Shown here: piece by piece, positions 1-9,576 of the stretch
Numbering within the stretch: the stretch's first letter is position 1
Layout: the number at the start of each line of letters is the position of its first letter
Origin: Bdellovibrionota bacterium
GTDB lineage: Bacteria; Bdellovibrionota; UBA1018; UBA923
Direction of reading: 5' to 3'
NCBI GenBank assembly: GCA_040754655.1
Contig: JBFMCE010000102.1
Coordinates: forward strand, 1-13,040
Length of the DNA: 13,040 nt
Position numbers and translations under genes: made by a program
Notes under the pieces: model-generated
What the model saw: only the letters and a program-made list of their open reading frames with translations
What the model was told of the DNA's origin: nothing
The model's database searches: none

Positions 1-1
1 A

Positions 2-1102
2 AAATATTCTTTTTATCAAATCTTACTTTACGACCGTGAAGAAAAGGGGAAGATCTACGACGTCGTTGATAACCGTGATCTTTTTCAACGCGGGCTTGGA
101 CCGATCGCCCTTGAGATCACCAGTAAAAATCGCGTGAAAAAAATGGTGCAGGCTTATCGAGACGCCTTTCATCGATTGCAAAAGAACCCCAACGCCAAGT
201 TCGCCGCCGGCACCGCAGGCGCGACTATTTTGCGGCTCTGGGGAAGGCAATCTTCGGCGCGATGGGCGAAGCTCGCGGGCAACTTAAGGACCCAGCCCGG
301 TCAACGCGATCGGGTGATGCAAGGGTTGATGAACGCAGATCGGTTCATTCCCGCCATGGAGTCTATTTTCCGGAAATATGACATTCCCCACGAAATCACT
401 CGGATCACGCTTGTCGAATCGTCGTTCAATTTGAATGCCGTCTCGAAGGCTGATGCCGTCGGCGTTTGGCAATTTCTAGAACGATCGGCGCGTGAGTACA
501 TCAAAGTCGATCACAAAAACAAAATCGACGAACGGCTCTCCCCGATCAAGACGACCTACGCTGCGGCGAAGATGCTCAAGCGCAACTACAAGCTTCTCAA
601 AGACTGGAGCCTTGCGATCATCGCGTACAATCACGGCGCCAAAAACCTGATTCCCATCCGCGATCGCTACCAAGGGCAGAAAATCGTGAAGCTCTTGAGC
701 TCAACCAAGGACTCGCCCCTTGGTTACGCCAGCAAGAATTACTACGCTGAGTTCCTCGCGATGGTGCATGCCGAGGCTTACCGCGACGAACTATACGGCT
801 TTAAACGCGACCTGCACCACGACGCCATCAGCATTGTCACGATGAAACGGCCCGCAAGTATTTTCGAGATCGCCTCTCACTATAATATTTCTGTTTATGA
901 GCTTCGCATCTACAACCCTGATATCTTTGATGTGAAGCGCAAGCTTCCCAAAGGCACGCGAATCGTATTGCCGAGAAAGGTCGGCGAAACCTTTGTGCGC
1001 GCCCCGCAAATCGATCCTGAGAGGAAGGCGCCCTCCGTGGGTCCTGACGATGACGGTCGAGGGATCGCCTCTGAAGTTGAGACCATTCAATACATCAAAT
1101 GA
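2..1102 (+). CDS. Lytic transglycosylase (SLT domain, MltD-like) with C-terminal LysM-like domain; 5' end lies outside the window
   Basis: SLT motifs: catalytic LVESSFN, AVGVWQF and IAYNHG. LysM-like segment SIFEIASHYNISVYELRIYNP...LPKGTRIVLP. The frame is open from position 2 (KYSFYQILLYDREEKGKIYDVVDN...), so the GTG at 134 is probably not the true start. Confidence 0.9.
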   Translation, partial: KYSFYQILLYDREEKGKIYDVVDNRDLFQRGLGPIALEITSKNRVKKMVQAYRDAFHRLQKNPNAKFAAGTAGATILRLWGRQSSARWAKLAGNLRTQPGQRDRVMQGLMNADRFIPAMESIFRKYDIPHEITRITLVESSFNLNAVSKADAVGVWQFLERSAREYIKVDHKNKIDERLSPIKTTYAAAKMLKRNYKLLKDWSLAIIAYNHGAKNLIPIRDRYQGQKIVKLLSSTKDSPLGYASKNYYAEFLAMVHAEAYRDELYGFKRDLHHDAISIVTMKRPASIFEIASHYNISVYELRIYNPDIFDVKRKLPKGTRIVLPRKVGETFVRAPQIDPERKAPSVGPDDDGRGIASEVETIQYIK

Positions 1103-1171
1103 ATTTGCGACAATCAACTAAGTTGCCGCTGGAAAATGTTCCGGGCGCGGAAGAGGTCTTTGCCGCTCCCC

Positions 1172-3598
1172 CTATTGCACGTATACGTTGACCGTGCTTG
1201 GCGAGAGGTAGACAGGCCAGAACGAGAGGGTTTTGTTCTCTTTATTGAATGATTGGACGTAAGACATCCCCTCAGGAGCATTCAAGATCACAAAATTCCC
1301 ATTTCTTGAGGTGCGATTTCGCTCGGTATTCAATATCCCGTCGTTATCGAAGTAAAAGTCTCTTCCTCGAGGGTTTGCAGATGCGTCAATCTCTTCGGGT
1401 CCCCAAAGCTGCATTTTCACGGATGTATTGAAGCTCGCGTGCCCGAGTATGACTGAGCTCATCGAGCTCAACCTCATTTGCGATTCAAAGGCCAGTCCAT
1501 CAACATGCGCGGCCGAGAAAGCGTACAGACGCCGTTCTTCTCTTTCTGATTTGCCGCAGGCGAAATCGATTCTGTTGCGATAAAATCCGCTCTTCTCCAC
1601 CTGAAGGTAGTTCATCTCTGAGCAATCAACATAGATGGGTCCAAGACTGAACCTGCCTGATCTGTCCGTTGTGACGGTTTGAGAACTTCCCAAGAGCCTT
1701 ACTTCGGCCGCATCTATGGAGGCGTTGGTCGCAGTGGCGTTGAAAACACGCCCATGGATATGACGTCTGGTACCTAAGCTCAGTCTGCGCACCAAACCTT
1801 CATTGTCGCTGATGTGTAGCAGATGAGGTGCTCTCTCTACGCCTTTGGCATCTACAGCGGCGATCAGATAACTGCCTTGCTTCACATTGAGCACGAGGAA
1901 CTGACCGTGCGAAGAGGTCGCCGTCAAACTCTGATTCGGGACCCCTTTTTCATCGAGATAGATGGGTTTCGCGAAAACCGGCCCGAAGACATCCACTCTG
2001 AAGCCTGCCACTGTTTCATTGTCTTCGGCTACGAGTTGGCCAAAAATGAATCCGGCTCCGACGTGCTTTGTTTCTTTGGCGGCGATCGAGCTGATCGATA
2101 CCGCGTTTTCAGAGACGAGTTCGACTTCTACCGTCTGATTCATCCTAAGATCGACTCTGCGTTTAAGATAACCTTGTTTGGTGATCACAATAGGCAAGAC
2201 GCCTTCAATATGAGCTTCGTCGAATCGAAAGAATCCATTTTCGTTTGTCGAGGTGCTCCATGGAGTGCCTAAGATTTGAACAAAAGCTCCGGCGACAGGT
2301 TGAGCGCCACTTGTAAAGGCTTCCCGTACGACACCCGTAAATTGAGGAGACTTCTCTCGTAGCAGTGTAGCGGTCCTAGTTCCTTCACTAATGCCTGCTT
2401 CAGCCTGAGCTGAGAAACTTTGCGATACAGTCGCCTCTGCTTGGTCTTCTCCTTGATTAGGCTCAGCCTCTCCATCCTTATGCTCTTTAGCCGGTGTCGT
2501 TGGTACGGGCGCTTTGGGGCCAGCCGGGCCTTGTGGTTCTGACGCGATCTTATCGTTTTTAGATACAGCGCTTTGATTTTGAACTTGGATACCCACGGCC
2601 AATGCCGCAAGGCCACTAGGTACAGGTGGGACGTTTGCTGTCGGGTTTTGAGTATCCATATATTGACGAACATCGATAGGCTCACGGGGCGGCTCTTGAG
2701 TAGCCACTGCACTTTGAGTAGTCACCGGCTCCATGCCCTCTTTAAGAACATTTGGATATCCAACAGAATTGGCGATAGTCGTCATTTTTAATTCTTCTTC
2801 AGTCTGACTTTGATCGAAACCTTGTGTCCGGGCTTCCTCTTTGGTGTCGCGTATCGTCACCCGGGTACTTGCGCTGTCGTGCGCACTATGTGTGTCTGTT
2901 TTCTGTAGAGGTCCAGAGTCTGAATATTCATTTTGGATATTCAGACCTGACTGATTGAGAGCAACTAGAGTTTGCTCTCTAGGTAGAGCTTGAAAAGACT
3001 CAGAATGGTGAGAGGTCTTATATTGGATACCCAACCCTGCCGCGCCCTGTCTTTGAGTATTCATGGCGACTTGGGTATCCGTTGGCTGCTTTTGCGTTTG
3101 AGCAACGGACGCCTTTGCAGAAGCTTCTATCTTATCCCAACTTCCGTTTAATACTGCCGTTAATGAGGCGCTGTCTAAGTCTGCTTCAAGTGAACCGCCA
3201 TCTGCCAAGAGTTCAACTGTAAGCCCAGGATTGTTGTTTATAGCCGCCGCGCCTTTTTCGATGCCAGAAAACCCCTCTAAGAATGCTTCATCGGCGGGGC
3301 CCACCCAGGCAAATTCTTGTTCGACTTGAGCAGGAATCTTTAACAGAGGAGCTCGAACTCTTATGCGAGCGACCTTTGGCGCGCCAATCTTCGGCCCATC
3401 AATATTCAAACTCAGTTTGCATTTGGAATGAAAGATCTTAAGCTCTGAACCTATCGAGACGCGAACCTTCGTTTCAAAGGCGGCTTTGTACGCGGAAACG
3501 CAAGAGAGCGCAAGCGTGGTGGTAGTCACCATGCCTGCTGCGATTCCCAAAAGCCTTAGCGGTTGCGCTTTGAACGCAAGAAACGACGCGCGCACCAT
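1172..3598 (-). CDS. Large probable exported or membrane-anchored protein with four C-terminal carboxypeptidase-regulatory-like (prealbumin-like beta-sandwich) domains
   Basis: 808-aa ORF with AAGGAGG just upstream. Basic then hydrophobic N-terminus ending LALSC. Q/T/S/E/P-rich middle region (aa ~160-418). C-terminal segments match the G-x-V...PV-x-GA-x-V...T-x-x-x-G-x-F...K-x-G(Y/F) pattern. Confidence 0.8.
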   Translation of the reverse strand: MVRASFLAFKAQPLRLLGIAAGMVTTTTLALSCVSAYKAAFETKVRVSIGSELKIFHSKCKLSLNIDGPKIGAPKVARIRVRAPLLKIPAQVEQEFAWVGPADEAFLEGFSGIEKGAAAINNNPGLTVELLADGGSLEADLDSASLTAVLNGSWDKIEASAKASVAQTQKQPTDTQVAMNTQRQGAAGLGIQYKTSHHSESFQALPREQTLVALNQSGLNIQNEYSDSGPLQKTDTHSAHDSASTRVTIRDTKEEARTQGFDQSQTEEELKMTTIANSVGYPNVLKEGMEPVTTQSAVATQEPPREPIDVRQYMDTQNPTANVPPVPSGLAALAVGIQVQNQSAVSKNDKIASEPQGPAGPKAPVPTTPAKEHKDGEAEPNQGEDQAEATVSQSFSAQAEAGISEGTRTATLLREKSPQFTGVVREAFTSGAQPVAGAFVQILGTPWSTSTNENGFFRFDEAHIEGVLPIVITKQGYLKRRVDLRMNQTVEVELVSENAVSISSIAAKETKHVGAGFIFGQLVAEDNETVAGFRVDVFGPVFAKPIYLDEKGVPNQSLTATSSHGQFLVLNVKQGSYLIAAVDAKGVERAPHLLHISDNEGLVRRLSLGTRRHIHGRVFNATATNASIDAAEVRLLGSSQTVTTDRSGRFSLGPIYVDCSEMNYLQVEKSGFYRNRIDFACGKSEREERRLYAFSAAHVDGLAFESQMRLSSMSSVILGHASFNTSVKMQLWGPEEIDASANPRGRDFYFDNDGILNTERNRTSRNGNFVILNAPEGMSYVQSFNKENKTLSFWPVYLSPSTVNVYVQ

Positions 3599-3632
3599 TC
3601 CTCCTTGAATGATTCACTTCTAGTTTATTGCT

Positions 3633-3659
3633 ATTTCGGCATCCGCAACAGAGTCTTAA
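3633..3659 (-). promoter_or_regulatory. Candidate sigma-28 (FliA-type) promoter for the 808-aa gene
   Basis: Minus strand reads TTAAGACT-N11-GCCGAAAT, against the consensus TAAAGTTT-N11-GCCGATAA. The spacing is exact. It is intergenic, downstream of the atp U-tract and about 35 nt upstream of the start codon. Confidence 0.6.
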
Positions 3660-3671
3660 ACGACCTACAGG

Positions 3672-3702
3672 AAAAAAAAGCCAAACAACTTTAATCTATG
3701 GC
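3672..3702 (-). terminator. Possible weak intrinsic terminator of the atp operon
   Basis: Minus strand GCCA-tagattaaagttgtt-TGGC followed by T8, beginning about 26 nt after the atpC stop. The stem is short and imperfect. Confidence 0.35.
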
Positions 3703-3728
3703 CGTCCGCTAGCCAGTTCAGTCGCCGC

Positions 3729-4145
3729 TCAATGCGGCGGCAGTAAAAATTCTGCCGCTTGCTGGCGGATCTGAGCCCTTTGTAGCTTGCGCTGCCATTT
3801 CAACATGTCGTTCTCAAAATTCGCCTTCGCCTTGAGCTTCTCCTCAGCCGTCGATTGCGCTTTCCTCGCGCGATCAACATCGATCTCGTGGGCCATTTCA
3901 AGCGTGTCAGCCAAAACTGTAACCTTATCTTGGCTCACTTCAACAAAGCCTGACGATACGGCAGCGACTTCCTTTTTCCCACTATCAAGCTCAAACACAA
4001 GGATGCCGGTGTTCATTGTGCTCAAAAGACGAGCATGGCCCGGAAGCACCGTCATCTCACCCTTCTCACCGGGTAGAGTAACGCTTTTCACCGGAACCGG
4101 CCCCACTACTCGTCGATCTGGAGTAACAATACTTAGCGTCAACAT
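3729..4145 (-). CDS. atpC: F1 ATP synthase epsilon subunit
   Basis: LSIVTPDR, LPGEKGEMTVLPGHA, VSSGFVEV and IDVDRA motifs; last gene after atpD. Confidence 0.98.
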   Translation of the reverse strand: MLTLSIVTPDRRVVGPVPVKSVTLPGEKGEMTVLPGHARLLSTMNTGILVFELDSGKKEVAAVSSGFVEVSQDKVTVLADTLEMAHEIDVDRARKAQSTAEEKLKAKANFENDMLKWQRKLQRAQIRQQAAEFLLPPH

Positions 4146-4146
4146 T

Positions 4147-5574
<1,428 letters not shown>

Positions 5575-5588
5575 TTATCCTTCCTTAC

Positions 5589-6461
5589 CTAACCCTTTTG
5601 GGCTTCTGTTCCTGAAACAATTTCCAAAAGCTCCTTCGTAATACCCGCTTGCCGAGTCTTATTGTAAAGGAGCGTGATCTTTCGAATCATCTCGCCGGCA
5701 TTCTTAGTGGCATTTTCCATCGCCGCCATGCGCGCGCCATGCTCGCTGGCCAAGGATTCGAGCGCAATTCGATACACTTGAGTCGCAAAATGCTTTGGCA
5801 AAATCTTCTCTAAGATTTCCCTAGGGCCTGGTTCATAAATCGTGAGCCCGCTCGGGCCAGCCGCTAAGCCTTCCGGAGCTTGAACGGGCAAGAATGTCTC
5901 AACATTCACCTTCTGAGAAATGGCAGATTTAAACTCGTTGTAGATGAATTTGATCTCATCGTATTCTCCCGCCAAATAAAGGTCGATCAACTCTTGGGCA
6001 AGTTCCCTTGCGCGTTGAAACTTGAGCCCCACAAAGAAGTTATTGTAATACTTCCCCGTTTTTTTATTACGGAAGAACTCATACCCTTTCTTGCCAATGA
6101 AAGCGAAATCGAGTTTCTCGTATTTTCCTTGATTCGCCTTGAGGAATCTCTGCGTCGCCTTGATGATTGAAGCGTTAAAACCGCCGCAGAGGCCGCGGTC
6201 TGAGGTAACCACGATCACGAGCACCTTTTTAACCTCAGCGGTGCCACGCAAAGACAAAAGAGGATGCGAAAGGTCCGCGCCCGCCGCGCGGCTCAAGCTG
6301 CCAATCACATTGCCCACTTCCTGGGCATAAGGGCGCAAGGCCGTGATATTCTCTTGGGCTCGGCGAAGTTTCGCGGCCGAGACCATTTTCATGGCCTTCG
6401 TGATCTGCTGAGTGTTTTTTACGCTGCCAATTCGCTTACGTAAGTCTTTGGCGCTAGCCAT
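5589..6461 (-). CDS. atpG: F1 ATP synthase gamma subunit
   Basis: KNTQQITKAMKMVSAAK, TSDRGLCGGFN, SEHGARMAAMENATKNA and RQAGITKELLEIVSG. Confidence 0.99.
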   Translation of the reverse strand: MASAKDLRKRIGSVKNTQQITKAMKMVSAAKLRRAQENITALRPYAQEVGNVIGSLSRAAGADLSHPLLSLRGTAEVKKVLVIVVTSDRGLCGGFNASIIKATQRFLKANQGKYEKLDFAFIGKKGYEFFRNKKTGKYYNNFFVGLKFQRARELAQELIDLYLAGEYDEIKFIYNEFKSAISQKVNVETFLPVQAPEGLAAGPSGLTIYEPGPREILEKILPKHFATQVYRIALESLASEHGARMAAMENATKNAGEMIRKITLLYNKTRQAGITKELLEIVSGTEAQKG

Positions 6462-6473
6462 TCTTTCACTTCC

Positions 6474-7985
6474 TTATGCGCTAAATACCGTATCAAAATC
6501 TTGCAGCGCTTTATTAACCTTTGCCTTCAACTGGTCATCGATTTTGCCGCTAGTGACGATCTCTTTGAGCACGTCAGGATATTTCGCATCCAAGAACTGC
6601 ATCAAGTCTTTCTCGTATTTTCCAAGGCCTTCCGACGGATGCTTGTCGAGATATCCGTTTGTTCCGGCGTAAATCATGATGACCTGCCGCTCAACCGGGA
6701 TCGGGCTGTACTGTCCTTGTTTCAAGATCTCTACGAGCCGAGCACCACGACTCAACTGGCGCTGAGTAGCCGGATCAAGGTCGCTGCCGAACTGGGCAAA
6801 TGCAGCTTTTTCCCGGTACTGAGCAAGCTCAAGTCGCAATGTTCCCGCGACCTGTCGCATCGCTTTGATTTGAGCGCTACCACCCACCCGTGAAACCGAT
6901 AGACCTACGTTTACGGCCGGGCGCACGCCGCTATAAAACAAGTCTGCCTCAAGATAAATCTGACCGTCGGTGATCGAAATCACGTTCGTAGGAATATATG
7001 CTGAAACGTCACCTGCTTGCGTTTCAATGATGGGAAGAGCGGTAAGAGATCCGCCACCAAGTTTATCGCTAAGCTTTGCAGCGCGCTCGAGCAAACGCGA
7101 GTGCAGATAAAACACGTCGCCAGGATAAGCCTCACGCCCCGGAGGACGGCGCAACAACAACGAAAGCTGGCGATAGGCTTGAGCTTGTTTGGTCAAATCA
7201 TCGTATACGATCAACGCGTGCTTGCCAGTATCCCTAAAATACTCAGCCATCGTCACGCCGGTATAAGGCGAGATGAATTGCAGGGGCGCTTGATCACTGG
7301 CCGTTGCGACGATGACGGTCGTATAATCCATCGCCCCTTGGGCACGCAGCTTATCGACCACTTGAGCTACCGTGGATTGTTTTTGTCCGATAGCGACGTA
7401 AAAACAGTAAACGCCTTTTCCTTTTTGATTGATGATCGTATCAATCGCAACCGCCGTCTTCCCGGTTTGTCGATCGCCAATGATGAGCTCGCGCTGACCG
7501 CGGCCAATCGGAATCATGGCGTCGATCGCTTTAATGCCGGTTTGAAGCGGCTCTTTCACGGATTGTCGAGCAACGATTCCGGGCGCCTTGATTTCAATCT
7601 TGCGCATTTGTTTGGCCTTGAGTTCGCCTTTCCCGTCAACTGGTAAACCAATTGCATTTACGACTCGCCCCAGAAGCTCTTCGCCCACCGGAACTTGCAC
7701 GATCTTGTTCGTGCGCTTAACAGGGCTGCCTTCTTTGATCAGAGTATCATCGCCAAGAATGGCCACGCCGACTGTTTGATCTTCAAGGTTGAGAACCATT
7801 CCAGATACGTTGTTCCCAAAGTCGACCATTTCTCCGGCCATCGCATTCTCTAGACCGAAGATCTTGGCCACGCCGTCACCTACAGAAATGACAGTTCCTG
7901 TCTCAGCGACTTCTACTTTTTTCTCGTAATCAGCCAGCTGCCGTTTAATGAGCTGTGTAATTTCCTCTGGACGAATTTTAATCAT
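6474..7985 (-). CDS. atpA: F1 ATP synthase alpha subunit
   Basis: [32 protein letters not shown] and [10 protein letters not shown]. Start overlaps the atpH stop (ATGA). Confidence 0.99.
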   Translation of the reverse strand: MIKIRPEEITQLIKRQLADYEKKVEVAETGTVISVGDGVAKIFGLENAMAGEMVDFGNNVSGMVLNLEDQTVGVAILGDDTLIKEGSPVKRTNKIVQVPVGEELLGRVVNAIGLPVDGKGELKAKQMRKIEIKAPGIVARQSVKEPLQTGIKAIDAMIPIGRGQRELIIGDRQTGKTAVAIDTIINQKGKGVYCFYVAIGQKQSTVAQVVDKLRAQGAMDYTTVIVATASDQAPLQFISPYTGVTMAEYFRDTGKHALIVYDDLTKQAQAYRQLSLLLRRPPGREAYPGDVFYLHSRLLERAAKLSDKLGGGSLTALPIIETQAGDVSAYIPTNVISITDGQIYLEADLFYSGVRPAVNVGLSVSRVGGSAQIKAMRQVAGTLRLELAQYREKAAFAQFGSDLDPATQRQLSRGARLVEILKQGQYSPIPVERQVIMIYAGTNGYLDKHPSEGLGKYEKDLMQFLDAKYPDVLKEIVTSGKIDDQLKAKVNKALQDFDTVFSA

Positions 7986-8548
7986 ATTGACTGCCTTTCA
8001 AGATTTTCTTTCAAACGTCGAATCGTGGTTTTCAGGCTTCCATCAAACGTGAGCCCTTGAATTTTTACGATAAGGCCACCGAGAAGCTCTTTGTCGATGA
8101 CGGGTTCAAGCACAACCTGTTTATTGAACCTGCGGGCAAACGTCTTCGAAAGATCGGTTTTTTCAGCTTCCGTCAGCGGCTCTACGGTAACTACCGTCCC
8201 ACGGACGGTGTTCTTGCTTTCGTCTACAAGCTCGCGAAAAGAGTCATAGACGTTTTCCAAGAGCCCAAATCTATCTTTCTCGATGAGAAGCGATGCGAAT
8301 CGTTGCAGCAGAGGATGAAGCTGCGCTTTCTCAGTAAATTCCTTGGCAAGGCTTTCGCGTTCTTTCTTCGAGAACAAAAAGCCGGAGAAAGCCTGCTTCA
8401 GCTGAGGTTGTTCACGCACCAGCTCAATCAAGCCGAAAAAGTCTTCTTGTACTTTTTCTAGGGCCCCTTTTTCCTGAGACATTTCAAAAAGAGCCTTCGC
8501 ATACAACTTTGATACCGGCTCGTGCTGAGTCACTCGTTGTGAATTCAT
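7982..8548 (-). CDS. atpH: F1 ATP synthase delta subunit
   Basis: YAKALF near the N-terminus, [23 protein letters not shown] near the C-terminus; lies between atpF and atpA. Confidence 0.97.
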   Translation of the reverse strand: MNSQRVTQHEPVSKLYAKALFEMSQEKGALEKVQEDFFGLIELVREQPQLKQAFSGFLFSKKERESLAKEFTEKAQLHPLLQRFASLLIEKDRFGLLENVYDSFRELVDESKNTVRGTVVTVEPLTEAEKTDLSKTFARRFNKQVVLEPVIDKELLGGLIVKIQGLTFDGSLKTTIRRLKENLERQSI

Positions 8549-8550
8549 GG

Positions 8551-9015
8551 CTACTGAACCTTCCCGACGTATTCATTTACGATACGGCGCTGATCTTCGG
8601 AAGAGAGCTTTTCGCGGATCATGCGTTCCGCCAATTCAACTGCCTTGGCAATTGTTTCTCTTCGGATCTGGTCTTTTGAGTCTTGGATATTGGCCTGCAC
8701 GGTAGCCTCGGCGTCTTTGATCAGTCGCTCGGCAGTGGCTTGAGCATCCTTGATGATTTTTACCTTAAGAGCTTCTCCATCTGTTCGAGCCCGTTCAATG
8801 ATTTGCGAAGCTTCCGCCTCGAAAGCGGAAAGTTTCGTATCAAATTCGCGATATCGTTTCTCTGCGTCGGTTTTGAGCGTCACGGCTTCTTCGATCTGCG
8901 TTTTCACCAGAGCTTGTCGTTTGAGGATCATTTCTTTGACGGGTTTGCGCAAATAAACGACCAGCACCACGGCTAGGATCAGAAAATTTACTGTAGGAGC
9001 TATGAGATCATGCAT
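8551..9015 (-). CDS. atpF: F0 ATP synthase subunit b
   Basis: N-terminal TM (VNFLILAVVLVVYL) followed by KP, a coiled coil and a C-terminal EDQRRIVNEYV. GAGGTGAGGA RBS upstream. Confidence 0.93.
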   Translation of the reverse strand: MHDLIAPTVNFLILAVVLVVYLRKPVKEMILKRQALVKTQIEEAVTLKTDAEKRYREFDTKLSAFEAEASQIIERARTDGEALKVKIIKDAQATAERLIKDAEATVQANIQDSKDQIRRETIAKAVELAERMIREKLSSEDQRRIVNEYVGKVQ

Positions 9016-9039
9016 TCGCTAAATCCTCACCTCGTGTGA

Positions 9040-9498
9040 TCAAACACCTAAAGGGCGCCCCATGACTTTGGTTGCGATCTCGGAGGCCATTCCAGAGATT
9101 TCACCGCTCAATGCGGCAACCGTGGCTTTACGTTGTTGGTCCAGCTCTTTTTGAGTCTCCTGTAGCGTGTCTTTGGCGCGCGCCGAAGCCTCCCCTAATA
9201 TGCGGGACTCTTCCTTCCGGGCCTGTTCTTCACTGTCCCGATAAGCTGATCGAGCCCGTTCATTCACTTCTTTTAAGCGGGACTTGTATTGATTAAATTT
9301 CTCTTCAGCTTGAGCCATCAGTTGCTGAGCTTCTTCTTTCACGCCTTCTGTCTTCTTCCGGCGGTGCTCAATAAGCTTCTGAAATGGCTTAAGATAGGTG
9401 GCGCTCAGAAATAAATGCAGAGCGAACACCAGTCCAAAGAGATAAAAAAATGTTTGGTCGAGCCCTAATTGGGCTGCAATATCACGAAGAGCGTCCAT
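9040..9498 (-). CDS. atpF2: F0 ATP synthase subunit b' (second b paralogue)
   Basis: N-terminal TM (TFFYLFGLVFALHLFL) followed by LKPF and a coiled coil, ending IATKVMGR; directly upstream of atpF. Confidence 0.9.
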   Translation of the reverse strand: MDALRDIAAQLGLDQTFFYLFGLVFALHLFLSATYLKPFQKLIEHRRKKTEGVKEEAQQLMAQAEEKFNQYKSRLKEVNERARSAYRDSEEQARKEESRILGEASARAKDTLQETQKELDQQRKATVAALSGEISGMASEIATKVMGRPLGV

Positions 9499-9528
9499 AA
9501 TTGTGTAAAGTTTACCTGTGCGTACCTG

Positions 9529-9558
9529 GAACTAGCACGCGTTAGAAAATCGTGTCAA
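9529..9558 (-). promoter_or_regulatory. Candidate sigma-70 promoter for the atpF'FHAGDC operon
   Basis: Perfect TTGACA, 18-nt spacer, then an extended -10-like TGc-TAGTTC, in the 78-bp gap between bactofilin and atpF'. Confidence 0.55.
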
Positions 9559-9576
9559 TCGGAATCAGGAGAGAGG

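Noticed and set aside
134..136. GTG start assigned to the transglycosylase by the ORF track
   Set aside because: The frame is open back to position 2 with protein-like sequence, so the real start is probably upstream of the window.
1143..1170. GC-rich imperfect hairpin between the convergent genes
   Set aside because: It has a mismatch and a bulge and no U-tract on either side, so it cannot be called a bidirectional terminator.
2760..3480. Lower GC in the 5' half of the 808-aa gene (spot check 26/60 at 2941-3000 versus 36/60 at 4561-4620 in atpD)
   Set aside because: This is consistent with a weakly constrained disordered linker. There are no mobility genes or flanking repeats to suggest horizontal transfer, and the samples are tiny.
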